DNA of 64,000 nucleotides, from positions 1-64,000 of the forward strand of contig JAYGDX010000208.1 of NCBI GenBank assembly GCA_046582655.1. Reading direction: 5' to 3'. The DNA comes from Candidatus Poribacteria bacterium. GTDB taxonomy: Bacteria > Poribacteria > WGA-4E > UBA9662. The position numbers and the translations under genes are program-made. A model generated the notes under the pieces. That model saw only the letters and a list, made by a program, of their open reading frames with translations. It did no database searches and was not told the DNA's origin. This document shows, in pieces, positions 9,792 to 20,258 of this stretch. Position 1 is the first letter of the stretch; each line of letters begins with the position of its first letter.

Positions 9792-12700
9792 ATGATGATG
9801 CGAATAAGTCTATTCAACCACGCTGCGCGGAATTTCCCCCGATCTCCGATCGGGACACGATCGACCTTACGTAACCTGTTGTTGTTATCATTGTTTGTGG
9901 TGGTCGGTTGCACTACATTTCTGTCCGATCATCAATCGGATGTACCATTCGAGGATTTGCGCTCCGGAAAGGCGCGGAGGGTGGAACGGACCCTGATCAG
10001 CAACGAAGTCAGCTGTATTGCTGCCGACTCACGCAACGTGTGGATTGCAACGGCAGCCGGTGTTTCGCGCTGGGATGGTGAGCGTGGAAAATGGTTCTAC
10101 TATACTAAGGAAGATGGTCTGGCGAACGATGCGGTGAATGCTGTTGCAGTTGATGGGCAATGGGTTTGGTTTGCCACGGATGAAGGGGTGAGCCGCTACG
10201 ACCTGCAGACGAACGCCTTCAAGACCTTCCGGAGTTTTGATGGATTAGCGAGCGATCAAGTGTCATCCATTGCAGTGGACGGCAACTATATCTGGTTTGG
10301 CACCTCCAATGGGCTAAACCGTTATGACAAAACCATTGACAGTTGGGCCGTGCGTACCCGTAGGGATGGCCTGATTAGCAAAAAGATTACAACGATTGCA
10401 GTCGAGGCTGAGTACGTGTGGGTTGGCATGGGTAAGGAAAAAGAACGGCGCGAGGACAGATGGAGTGAATCTAAGCGCGACGCTGGAGGGGTGAGCCGGT
10501 ACCACCGAGCCACCGATTCCTGGAATAACTACACGAAATCGGATGGCCTAGTAGACAATGAGATCTCCACCATTACGGTGGCTGAAGATAGTGTTTGGTT
10601 TGGCACTCAAAACGCAGGAATCAGTCAATACAATAAGGTGGACCAGACCTTCATCAAAACATTTACGAAAACCGACCTGCTCAAAAGCAATATGATCACT
10701 TCTATCCACGCGGATGGATTCCAGATATGGTTTGGAACTGCCAATGCAGGTGTGCACCGTTTCATCAAGCCCGTCAATACCTGGATCCATTACACCAAAA
10801 ATGACGGGCTGGCAAGCAATCATGTGACCTGGATTACGGTACAGGGAGATGATGTATGGTTTGGAAGCAAAGAAGATGGTGTAAGCCGCTTCAATAAGGT
10901 AAGCGGCGAATGGATGATTTACGAGCAAGCCGATTTTCTCGCTGACAACGATATCCGAGATCTAGCCCGCGATACGGATGGAAATCTCTGGATGGCAACG
11001 GTAGCAGGAATCTCTATTTACCGCTCCCAGGCGCACAGTTGGGAGGTGATCTCCAGAGAAGATGGGCTGACGACGCCCTATATCATGTCGATGCATGTTG
11101 AGCGGAGCGAAATCCCAACCAGCGGGATGAATGGGCAGCAGGTCTGGATCGCTACCGATCGGGGGCTGGGTTCACGAGCTCTCAACGGCGGGGAGTGGAC
11201 GTTTCATTCGCCTTCCCGAGGACAGGTTGAAGGAGAGTCCTTTGTGACGGCTCTCGATGCGGATGGGGATGTTTTCTGGCTTGGCACCAGTTCAGGCCCC
11301 GCTATGTATGACACGACTTCTCAAAAATGGTCACAACTTGCTACGCCAGGCGGTAACCCAAATGCGCTTGTATTATCCGTACTTTCTCGAGACGGGATTG
11401 TCTGGTTTGGTGGGACGAGTGGTATCTGGCGATATTCGATTGCGGATGGGAGGATGCGTCATGACGCTGAAGGGTTACCCCACACCTACGTTAATGTGTT
11501 GCTGGACACAGGGAGTACACTTTGGGCAGGGACTCGCCAGGGCCTTGCACGATATGACAGCGCTCAGGAGCGCTGGACACCTTTGCCGTTCAATGAACAG
11601 TTGCCGTGTCCCAACGTCACCGCGCTTGCTTCTCGAGACGGCATCGTCTGGGTGGGTACGCCACACGGTCTGGGACGCTATGCGATTGCTGAGGATTCCT
11701 GGAGTTCTATGTCTGACGTGTCGTACAATATTCGCGACATCCTGTGTGATACGAGTGAAACTCTCTGGTTAGCGACATCCATCGGTCTCGTGGAATATCG
11801 CACCCGAGATGGGAAAAAGGTGCTTTATCAATCCCGACCTGTGCGCGAGCCATTGTTAGAAACCACTGTTTCAAATATCGAATTTGATGGTGATTACGTC
11901 TGGTTCAATAACTGGGCCTCGTCACCGAACGGTTGCATCTTGCGTTATCACCGGCCTACGGGAATGTGGCGCCGTTTCACACGAATGGACATCCTCCAGT
12001 CTACTCAGAAGAAGTCCATGACCGAGATCCGTTGGATCTATGTGGATGAAGACGCGGTATGGTTCACCACGGATTTAGGGGTGCTCCGGTACGATAAAAG
12101 AGGGGATATGTGGAAACACTTTACGGTACAAGATGGGCTCGCTACGAACGATCTGGACAAAATCGATGCCAGTTCACGTAGCATCTGGATAATTTCAATG
12201 ATGGGCATCGAATTGAGCCGTTATGATAAAGCGACCGCAACGTGGAGCGTGATTGCCCCCAAAGAAAAAGTTCAGCTTGATCGGTTGAATTCTCTTGCAG
12301 TCGATGGACCGGAGGTATGGTTTGGATCAAGTCGCAGCCTTCATCGTTACAATGAAATCACAGGTGAATGGTGGGACTTGACACCAAGGGATGGGCTGGC
12401 GGGCAGAGGAGCAGAATGGATTACCATAGATGACGATTTCATCTGGATTGCTCGTTCGGAATGGGACAGAGGTAGTAACCGCGCGTTATCACGATATGAT
12501 AAAAAGGCAGAGAAGTGGACGACATTTTCAACCACTGACGTGCTTCTTGGAGACGATATTGAACGGATTATTGCGACAGGCGACGATGTGTGGATACTCT
12601 ACAGACCCTGGGAGAACGCGGGGGTCACCCGATTCGACAGGCGTACCGGAGAGTGGTCCACAATCCGATCTGGCAGGGGGACCACCGAGCTTGCTATGGA

Positions 12701-13937
12701 CGAAGATTATCTCTGGTTAGCAGCACCAAATGATGGGCTCAAGCGATTTCATTTCGCCTCTGGCACCTGGACATCATTTAGAGATCGGAACGGCCTGCTG
12801 CATAACCATACGAATGAGCGCGCTCTCAAAGTCGATGAGAACTACGTATGGGTGGGTACGCTTAGCGGACTTTCCTGCTATGACAAACAGAAGGAATCCT
12901 GGACCTCCTACACGGCTTTGCCAACCCTTCAGGGACGTGCTATCCGAACGGTGGATACAGATGAGCGTTTCGTGTGGATAGGCAGCGACAACGGTATGTC
13001 TCGCTACGATAAGGTAGTAGGTTCCTGGAAGAATTATCGCCAGAAGGGTGGCAGGCAGGAAATCCGAACCCACGGCGGCCGATGGGATGACTGGGAACCG
13101 GAATCGGAAGGCAGTCTATCTGATAACGTGGTGAGTTCTATTATGGTAGATGAACAATACGTCTGGGTCGGAACCCGCGACGGGGCAAACCGCTTTGATA
13201 AGATCGCCAATCGCTGGGATCAGTACAAAACCGAGCATGGGCTGCCCTCCGATAATGTGACTTCTGTCAGCAGTGATGGCAATAACATCTGGGTCGGTAC
13301 CAACTCCGGGATTGGCAAGTACCCCCGAGCCTCCGATGATCTCAACGCTTGGATTAGTTACACCTCCGGCACGGAGATCCAGCCATCAGCTGTATCCAAG
13401 GAGTTCGCAGAGTCATTGGTTGCGGATGAAGTCAGATGTATCGCCGCCAGCAAGAAAAATGTGTGGGTTGGTACACGGCGGGGGGTGAGCCAATACAACA
13501 TCGGTAAGGACATTTGGAAGACAACCACAGCAGAAGATGGACTCGCTAGCGATGAAGTTAGCTGTATCGCCATTGATGACGCTTGGGTGTGGTTTGGAAG
13601 TGACCGAGGTGTAACCGTTTACGATGAGGAGACGAAGGATTGGGTTACGTACACGGCTCAAGATGGGCTCGCCAGCGACCAGGTCACTACTATTGGTGTT
13701 GATGAAACAGAGGTGTGGATCGGTACATACGATGCGGGAGTGAGTCGGTTCAACCGGGAGACGAATCGCTGGATAACTTACACCCGAGAAGACGGCCTTG
13801 CCCATAATGGTATCCTCTCTATTGCTGTAGATGATCTTTACGTGTGGTTCGGCACCCATCGTGGCTTGAGCCGCTTGGATAAACGCACGGAAATCTGGAC
13901 GACTTTCACAGAGCACTACGGACCGGAAGATATTTGA
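9792..13937 (+). CDS. Large lipoprotein built of Reg_prop-type beta-propeller repeats (1381 aa)
   Basis: Hydrophobic segment with lipobox VVGC; many repeats of DGL-x-V-x-I-x-D-x-VWFGT-x-GVSRY. Confidence 0.88.
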   Translation: MMMRISLFNHAARNFPRSPIGTRSTLRNLLLLSLFVVVGCTTFLSDHQSDVPFEDLRSGKARRVERTLISNEVSCIAADSRNVWIATAAGVSRWDGERGKWFYYTKEDGLANDAVNAVAVDGQWVWFATDEGVSRYDLQTNAFKTFRSFDGLASDQVSSIAVDGNYIWFGTSNGLNRYDKTIDSWAVRTRRDGLISKKITTIAVEAEYVWVGMGKEKERREDRWSESKRDAGGVSRYHRATDSWNNYTKSDGLVDNEISTITVAEDSVWFGTQNAGISQYNKVDQTFIKTFTKTDLLKSNMITSIHADGFQIWFGTANAGVHRFIKPVNTWIHYTKNDGLASNHVTWITVQGDDVWFGSKEDGVSRFNKVSGEWMIYEQADFLADNDIRDLARDTDGNLWMATVAGISIYRSQAHSWEVISREDGLTTPYIMSMHVERSEIPTSGMNGQQVWIATDRGLGSRALNGGEWTFHSPSRGQVEGESFVTALDADGDVFWLGTSSGPAMYDTTSQKWSQLATPGGNPNALVLSVLSRDGIVWFGGTSGIWRYSIADGRMRHDAEGLPHTYVNVLLDTGSTLWAGTRQGLARYDSAQERWTPLPFNEQLPCPNVTALASRDGIVWVGTPHGLGRYAIAEDSWSSMSDVSYNIRDILCDTSETLWLATSIGLVEYRTRDGKKVLYQSRPVREPLLETTVSNIEFDGDYVWFNNWASSPNGCILRYHRPTGMWRRFTRMDILQSTQKKSMTEIRWIYVDEDAVWFTTDLGVLRYDKRGDMWKHFTVQDGLATNDLDKIDASSRSIWIISMMGIELSRYDKATATWSVIAPKEKVQLDRLNSLAVDGPEVWFGSSRSLHRYNEITGEWWDLTPRDGLAGRGAEWITIDDDFIWIARSEWDRGSNRALSRYDKKAEKWTTFSTTDVLLGDDIERIIATGDDVWILYRPWENAGVTRFDRRTGEWSTIRSGRGTTELAMDEDYLWLAAPNDGLKRFHFASGTWTSFRDRNGLLHNHTNERALKVDENYVWVGTLSGLSCYDKQKESWTSYTALPTLQGRAIRTVDTDERFVWIGSDNGMSRYDKVVGSWKNYRQKGGRQEIRTHGGRWDDWEPESEGSLSDNVVSSIMVDEQYVWVGTRDGANRFDKIANRWDQYKTEHGLPSDNVTSVSSDGNNIWVGTNSGIGKYPRASDDLNAWISYTSGTEIQPSAVSKEFAESLVADEVRCIAASKKNVWVGTRRGVSQYNIGKDIWKTTTAEDGLASDEVSCIAIDDAWVWFGSDRGVTVYDEETKDWVTYTAQDGLASDQVTTIGVDETEVWIGTYDAGVSRFNRETNRWITYTREDGLAHNGILSIAVDDLYVWFGTHRGLSRLDKRTEIWTTFTEHYGPEDI

Positions 13938-13938
13938 G

Positions 13939-15933
13939 GTGGAGAAATCAAATTTCTTGCCTAAACGAGGTTCTATGAAAATGAAGCCTGGCGATCGAAA
14001 GCGCCTGCTTTCTGCCTTTCTAGTTCTCTGGTCTTGCTGCTTTCTGGCTTTCCGAGCTGAAGCGGAGGATGTATATAGTCTACTAGGTAAGCTCTTCCTA
14101 TCCGGGCGCGTCGAATACGATTTCACAAATCGACGAGACTTTCTCTCGGGTGCCGAAGAGGAGCTGGTTCGACAGAACGATTTCGACTTCGACCGCCTGT
14201 TTCGACGTGGGTTTCACAGCGTCATGGTCATTGAAGAGACTGCAGGCAATACCAAGAATATCCTTTCTTTGGGGGATGTCCCCACCACGTTTACGAAGTT
14301 CACTTTCGATTCCGTTGATCTGAACGGTGTCCGCTGGGAGGTTCGCTCAGAACGGTCCGATTGGACGTTCTTAATGCTCCCCGGCTTGCTCAATGGCGTG
14401 CCGAATCGAGGGGATTTAAAAGGGTCGGGGATCGGGTTGAGGGAAGTCACAAAATTCGGCAGGTCCAAGATCGGCGTTTCCTCGTACTTCCGCGAAACGC
14501 CTGTGTGGGCGTTGGATATGGAAACCAACTTCGCAAACTACGGGTTGAAGGCTGAATTGGCCGTCACTCCCAAGAGTGCCTTGAAAAAAGGTCTCGGTTC
14601 GCGTTTTGATACCATGACCACCGTATTCAAAGCCTTCCAAACCGTTGGAGACACGATCTTCCAGGCGGAAGTCTTCCGCGTCGGCCCTCGTTTCGACGCG
14701 TCCAGATCGGTCGGGGACAACGATGATGGAGACCGATACACTGATAACACACCGCTAGATCCTCCTTCCCTGATTATTCCTGGAGACTTGGATAAAAACA
14801 ACAACGGCACCTTCGACTATGAGGATGACATTCTGCTTTTTGATGTTGATGAGGATTTTCTTGATGAAAGCGACCGGAACAATAATGGCATCCGGGACGA
14901 GGAGGAAAACGATAAAGACCCCAATTACGAATTCGATGTCGGGCTTCGGGGAATACGTCTACTCATGACACGCAAGACGAGTCACCAAGCTAGCTTCATC
15001 GATCTTGATGTTGGCCTGCAACTCGAAAAAAACCTCAAAGAGAAAAATCTAGGAGGCATATCATCTTCGACCAAGGCTTTCGCTAACCTGGTTTATAAGA
15101 AAGAACTGGCAAATGATGCTTCTATCGTGGTCGAGAATGAACTGAAGCTAGTGAAAGACCGCATTCCCGATGAGACTTGGTATTTTGCCGGTTTCCTGAG
15201 CGAAACAGAGGGGCGTCTCTATCGGGAGCAACCGAAGGTCAAGCAGCTGGAGGAGGAGGGCGATGTGCTGTTTTTCGATGTCGATGGCGGCGTTGAAGTC
15301 GAAAAACGACGCAAGGACACGCTGTTGATGCAGAACGACCTGATTAATACTGCCAGAATCACTTGGGAATATTCGGGGATTAAGCGTATGGTAACGACAG
15401 GTCGCGTCAAACTGCAATACGACTTCGATTTTGAGAGAGACTATGAACATTACGAAGTCGGTGTTTTCAAAACTCTGTATCGCATGCGTCCTTCCAAACC
15501 GCTCGAAATAAGTCCGATGTTCAAGTACACTATCCGCAATGGTTTCCAAATGGCAGAAAACCGCCGTGAGGACCTCGCATTGGAGGCAGAAATCGATGGT
15601 GAGCAAGTCTCACGGCGTATCCAACTGCGCCAGATTGAACAGGCAGATGTGCGTGATATGGTTTCTGCATTCATCCTCAAAGTGGTCTATCAGTTCACCA
15701 AGACCATCAAGATCACTGGGGGCGGACAGATCCTCCTCTTCAATGACATGCTTGAGAATGAGAACGATTTTTTCCGTCAAGCCCTATTGGCTGAGATGGA
15801 AAAGAGTTTTGTCGCCTACGAAAAGGCTCTCTTTCTGCACATCGGCGCACGATATATTGATCAGCGGGCCACAGGGAACGTCAATGATCAGAACTTTATG
15901 GAAACCTTCGTGCGTGTTTTTGGAAAGTTCTGA
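13939..15933 (+). CDS. Probable outer-membrane beta-barrel protein with Asp-rich Ca-binding insert
   Basis: Signal peptide ending AEA, amphipathic strands, C-terminal FVRVFGKF; DNDDGDRYTD, DLDKNNNGTFD and DRNNNGIRD repeats. Confidence 0.7.
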   Translation: MEKSNFLPKRGSMKMKPGDRKRLLSAFLVLWSCCFLAFRAEAEDVYSLLGKLFLSGRVEYDFTNRRDFLSGAEEELVRQNDFDFDRLFRRGFHSVMVIEETAGNTKNILSLGDVPTTFTKFTFDSVDLNGVRWEVRSERSDWTFLMLPGLLNGVPNRGDLKGSGIGLREVTKFGRSKIGVSSYFRETPVWALDMETNFANYGLKAELAVTPKSALKKGLGSRFDTMTTVFKAFQTVGDTIFQAEVFRVGPRFDASRSVGDNDDGDRYTDNTPLDPPSLIIPGDLDKNNNGTFDYEDDILLFDVDEDFLDESDRNNNGIRDEEENDKDPNYEFDVGLRGIRLLMTRKTSHQASFIDLDVGLQLEKNLKEKNLGGISSSTKAFANLVYKKELANDASIVVENELKLVKDRIPDETWYFAGFLSETEGRLYREQPKVKQLEEEGDVLFFDVDGGVEVEKRRKDTLLMQNDLINTARITWEYSGIKRMVTTGRVKLQYDFDFERDYEHYEVGVFKTLYRMRPSKPLEISPMFKYTIRNGFQMAENRREDLALEAEIDGEQVSRRIQLRQIEQADVRDMVSAFILKVVYQFTKTIKITGGGQILLFNDMLENENDFFRQALLAEMEKSFVAYEKALFLHIGARYIDQRATGNVNDQNFMETFVRVFGKF

Positions 15934-16162
15934 TCCTGTGTGGAGTGTCCTTGCCCAAGAGGGTATCAAGTCAGATAGGTTTTCGGATGATCCGCTTTGG
16001 CCTGAATTGTTTGAACTGTAATGATTTCTTAAACTTATGGGGGGATCCAAACTTGGTTCTGCCTGTCCGCATCGGCAAGCAAAATTTTGTGGATGGCCAG
16101 ATAGGCTATGATCCGATTTATCCTCCCTTCGACCAACAGATTCGAGAATGGGTTGATCTCTA

Positions 16163-16296
16163 CGGTAGTATATGCAAAGCATCGGATAATTTCTAAGTGG
16201 GAAGGATCCGATTCCCAAACTGTGTAACGTAGCATTCCCTCCAACGAAAAGCTAAGAGCCCATCTCTTTACCCCGATACATTAATCGTGATAGAGT
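16163..16296 (+). repeat. Dispersed promoter-bearing repeat, copy C (diverged)
   Basis: Aligns with the reverse complement of copy B over about 95 nt, then TTTACC(16267)-N18-TAGAGT(16291) with TGn. Confidence 0.8.
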
Positions 16297-16338
16297 GCTT
16301 TGTCTGAATTCTTATCGCGACTTAGTTAGGTGAACGAA

Positions 16339-16473
16339 ATGATAGTCAAAAGTAATGAAATAAAACCTGGAGCTAACTTGAGAGGCGCTGGCTTGGGTGG
16401 TGCCATTAGGAACGACGAGACTGTCTTTCCAGAAGGGGTTGAAATTCCTGAAAGTGGAGAAATAAAAAATTAG
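16339..16473 (+). pseudogene. Collapsed pentapeptide-repeat protein (44 aa)
   Basis: MIVKSNEIKPGANLRGAGLGGAIRNDETVFPEGVEIPE; RBS AGGTGA; only about 2 A-x-L-x-x repeats remain. Confidence 0.55.
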
Positions 16474-16475
16474 GT

Positions 16476-16936
16476 AGGAGGTGCGGCCGCTACCAATCAG
16501 GATACGCTCAAGCTAAGAAGTGATGGGAAAGTCACAGAAGACAAGGTGGCTGAAAACGGCGTCAAAGCGGGTGATAGAGTTGGGAAACTGATTTGGAGTC
16601 CAACTAAGATTGCTGTAACTGGAGGGAATAACGTTAATCTTGTTGTTAACATCCTTAATTTTTGTGACGATGTCACTTTATACGCTCTTATCGAGATTGA
16701 AGTGACTACTGCTGGACACAGAACTATGAAGGTTAGTAGTGATGATTCAATTGAAGTTTGATTCAACGATAAGATGGTGTATAAGAATGCTGTTAACCGT
16801 GGGATAAGTAATTTTCAAGATGTTTTTAAAGTGACAGTCCAAAAGGTGAAAACTTGCTTTTGGTCAAAGTCAGTGAATGTCGTGGAGGTCGGAGTATGTT
16901 CGTAGGTATGGAAGGCAAATTTACAACCGCAGGTTA
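16476..16936 (+). pseudogene. Remnant of secreted beta-sandwich (PA14-like) domain
   Basis: SDDSIEV*FNDKMV...NLLLVKVSE...SMFVG, with in-frame TGA at 16759 and a frameshift; no start codon. Confidence 0.6.
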
Positions 16937-17330
16937 AAAGAGTACCTAGGAGGGGGTGATGGTGATGTATGAATTGGGTTTATATGACCCTGATCTAGTA
17001 GGTGGTGGTGGCTGCAAACGAAAAAAGCTGAATCAGCTCGTTTCAGCATTCAATACACCGACTTCGCCGCTGACGCAGTCGACTTAGCTAAACATTAGAT
17101 ACTGGCACAATCAGCTACGGCTGTGTTGGCCCAAGACAACGCATTACCGCAGAATATCCTGTCGCTCTTGAGATAAACTTTCCATTGAAAACTTGGCTTA
17201 CAAAGTGAACCTTCACCTTTTGTCGGCCTTCCGCATGATTCATCGCGACGGCCCCTCTTATGAAAGTATTATATAGATAGCTATTGCCAGACATGGAAGT
17301 ACATCCTACCAGGAATGGCATAGCTTGAGA

Positions 17331-17423
17331 TAGACCAGTTGGTCATCAACCAACTCGTCTGTCGTCATTGAGTGCTGTCAGTGAACTCACCTCTTTCCCC
17401 AAATACGGTAATCATGTTAGAAT
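17331..17423 (+). repeat. Dispersed repeat copy D (promoter-proximal half only)
   Basis: tagaccagttggtc...cacctctttccccaaatacggtaatcatgttagaat aligns with the reverse complement of 814-730; TTTCCC-N18-TAGAAT. Confidence 0.7.
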
Positions 17424-17576
17424 GCATAAGCTAGTCTGGCAACGTGGCGCTCAGCAGGTTACTACGAACTTTATCAGCCTTTACAAGCTATAACGAGACT
17501 TTAGCTGGCTATGAACATTGAGGGCTTCAGATTCGCCAGCCTTGTTACTAAATAAAGGTTCATCTTAAGGGAAATT

Positions 17577-18404
17577 ATGTCGGAAGAAAGGATTAAGGGC
17601 AACGACTATCTGTCTCAAGCCGAAATAGATCAGTTTAATGTGGAAGGCTATCTGATCTTTGATGGTTTTTTTGATAGGGACCTAAATAAACGGTTGAAAG
17701 AAGATGTTGATCAACTGATGATCAACCGTGCCAACAAAGGTGAAACCACTCTGATGGCTCTCCCCGCATTGGGACCACTGACCTCTGAACCAACAGTCGT
17801 CGATCGAGTTGCCGATTTGATGAGAACGACCTTCACCCATCACCATATTCATGCTCGCTGGCAAGGAAAAGGGGAGTCTGGTGTCTCCTGGCATCACGAC
17901 TATGAACAGGTGCCGCAAACCAATCGTTCTCATTTGATGGTTCATGTGTTTATATATTTGGACGGATTGAACGGCGAAATCGGAGATCTACTAGTTTTGC
18001 CCAAATCGCATCAACGGGTTATGGCACGTGACGCCTATCGTCAATTCATGTATGAGGATCTGCTTGGTTCGGTCACAATTGATAACTTGTCTCCCGGATC
18101 ATTTGTTGTCGTTCATTCAGCTTTGCAACACGCTCGGCGTCCCAAACCGGGTGGAGAAACTTTCCGACGTTACTTTATCGATACTTCTTATTGTCAGCAT
18201 GGGATTCTCTGGCCTGCCAGTCGACGACTTTGGCAGCTCAACCAGATGGCATTAGATCTAGGCTGGGACCGTGACGGCAAGTATGCGTTCTTGTACGATA
18301 ACAGTTGCTTTTTCGATCCGCACGACTACATGGAACAATTCAATATCCAAAATCAAGGTAGCCTAGCAGTTCGCTTAATGGCAGAAACCGATTCAACGTC
18401 ATGA
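17577..18404 (+). CDS. Phytanoyl-CoA dioxygenase (PhyH) family protein
   Basis: LSQAEIDQFNVEGYL, WHHD, LLVLPKSH, LQHAR. Confidence 0.9.
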   Translation: MSEERIKGNDYLSQAEIDQFNVEGYLIFDGFFDRDLNKRLKEDVDQLMINRANKGETTLMALPALGPLTSEPTVVDRVADLMRTTFTHHHIHARWQGKGESGVSWHHDYEQVPQTNRSHLMVHVFIYLDGLNGEIGDLLVLPKSHQRVMARDAYRQFMYEDLLGSVTIDNLSPGSFVVVHSALQHARRPKPGGETFRRYFIDTSYCQHGILWPASRRLWQLNQMALDLGWDRDGKYAFLYDNSCFFDPHDYMEQFNIQNQGSLAVRLMAETDSTS

Positions 18405-18416
18405 AGGAGTAAGAGG

Positions 18417-19391
18417 ATGAAAATACTGGTTACAGGGGCAACTGGTAAGGTCGACCAGGCATTTATCCGACGCTTCCTTGCCGAACGAGGTGATGGCACC
18501 CTACGAGCCTTCTGTCATAATCGGATGCTGGAATCAACGGATAGACTAGAAGTAGTTCGAGGGAATTTGGCTAATCGAGCAGACATAGATACTGCTATGG
18601 AAGAGATCACCCACATTTTGCATCTGGCGACCTGTAAAGAGACACCAGAAGACGTTATTGATGTCACTGTGAAAGGTCTGTTTTGGTTATTGGAAAATTG
18701 TCGTCAAAACCCTAGTTTTCAACAGTTTCTGATGGTCGGTGGAGATGCAGCGGTGGGACACTTTGTTTATCCCCATCCTGAGCCTGTTACCGAACAGCAG
18801 AAGCACATGTCCTATCAGGGATGTTATGCGCTGTCCAAGGTGCTGGAGGAGGTAATGCTGGGACAATACTATATCCAATACAATTTGAACGGTTGTTGCC
18901 TGCGTGCCCCTTGGATTATGGAGAAGGACGATTTCAAGTTCTCTCTGTCATTTGGAGAGGATGTCTTTGGTGGTCCTCGCTGGATAGAACTGGTTGGTAC
19001 CAAGAAAGCAAATCAATATGTGAAGTCACAGACGATTCCTATTTTGTTAGATATTGAGGGGCAGCCTGTTAAGCGCAACTTTGTGCATGTGGAAGACCTG
19101 GTCTCATCCATTCTGAAAGCTGTCGATCATCCAAAGGCCTTTCAACAGTTGTTCAACGTTTGCATGGACCGGCCTGTTGATTATGGCCAAGTGGCTGAAC
19201 ATCTGCAACAAAGCCGTGGCCTGCCGAGTGTTGGTGTTCAGGCTGAGTATCATAGCACTTGGATGGATAACACGAAAGCCAAGTTTCTGCTGGATTGGCG
19301 ACCGGACTATGATCTGGTTCGTTTGATCGATGGAGCTTGGGACTATAAAAGGTCTGCCGATGATCCTAGAAAAATTTGGTATCCAGGTTAA
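18417..19391 (+). CDS. NAD-dependent epimerase/dehydratase (extended SDR)
   Basis: MKILVTGATGKV Rossmann start, YALSK catalytic motif, RNFVHVEDL. Confidence 0.9.
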   Translation: MKILVTGATGKVDQAFIRRFLAERGDGTLRAFCHNRMLESTDRLEVVRGNLANRADIDTAMEEITHILHLATCKETPEDVIDVTVKGLFWLLENCRQNPSFQQFLMVGGDAAVGHFVYPHPEPVTEQQKHMSYQGCYALSKVLEEVMLGQYYIQYNLNGCCLRAPWIMEKDDFKFSLSFGEDVFGGPRWIELVGTKKANQYVKSQTIPILLDIEGQPVKRNFVHVEDLVSSILKAVDHPKAFQQLFNVCMDRPVDYGQVAEHLQQSRGLPSVGVQAEYHSTWMDNTKAKFLLDWRPDYDLVRLIDGAWDYKRSADDPRKIWYPG

Positions 19392-19455
19392 CCCCGTATT
19401 TGATGTAGTTTCGTCAACTTCATGTCATCCAACTCCAAGACAAAATCATCCGACA

Positions 19456-19489
19456 CGGCAGTACATACAAAGCATCGGATAATTTTCCA
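19456..19489 (+). repeat. Dispersed repeat copy E (34-bp core only)
   Basis: 33/34 identical to the reverse complement of 4502-4535. Confidence 0.9.
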
Positions 19490-20258
19490 ATGGCGGCTTT
19501 GAATTTAATCTGCTTTGCCCTGATACTTATTTCTTTTACTCAGGCTGAAATTGAGCCCGAAAACATCGTTGGTATCTGGTTCTTTAATCAAGGAACAGGT
19601 AAGGTCGTTAAGGATTCTTCTGACAATAGAGTTGATGGCGAACTCAAAGGGGGCGTAAGATGGGTTAATGGGAAATTCGGCAAGGCTCTCCTTCTTTTCT
19701 GGTATCGATCAGGATTTTGTCGAAGTGCCACATGACGATTCTTTAAATCTTACCTCCTCCTCTTTCACTTTCTAGATCAAGATTGAAGCAACCGGAAACT
19801 ATCAAGCTACTTTTATTAAGACCGCTAATGGACTGTTGGAAAATTACAGCGGGTATATCTATGCGGGTAGAAAGGTTTTCTGGACTCGATTTACCAGTGG
19901 TGGAAACACCAAGTGGGGGTTCCAAAAATTTGGAATCCCCATAATTACTGATGATAAATGGCGTCATCTAGCTGGAACGTATGACATGAAATCTGTCAAG
20001 TCATACGTAGACGGTGTGGTGGAAGCAGAGGCTCCATTTGATGGAAAACCAGACTTTAGCCCTGGGCCATTAAATATTGAGGATTGTCCTGGGTTCGCAT
20101 ACCCTGTTACAGGCATTATGGATGAGGTTGCCTTGTTCAATGTGGCCTTTGATAAGGAGACTATTAACATTATTATGACCCAGGGACTTGAAGGAGCACT
20201 TGCTATTTTATCTGTAGGGAAATCAGCCTCTTTCTGGTCAAACATCAGATCCAGGTAA
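19490..20258 (+). pseudogene. LamG/concanavalin-like secreted protein, frameshifted
   Basis: IVGIWFFNQGTGKVVKDSS, WVNGKFGKAL, off-frame FVEVPHDDSLNL, KWRHLAGTYD...YVDG, GIMDEVALFN. Confidence 0.85.

Noticed and set aside
13413..14126. 237-aa antisense ORF and the many other short overlapping ORFs in the track
   Set aside because: Shadow ORFs opposite or within well-supported genes, with no motifs
19456..19489. Repeat core as a XerCD dif site, attC site or CRISPR repeat
   Set aside because: GCRTCGGATAA resembles one Xer arm, but no TTAT-starting partner arm follows at 6 bp; no RYYYAAC/GTTRRRY pair; copies are kilobases apart and no cas genes are present
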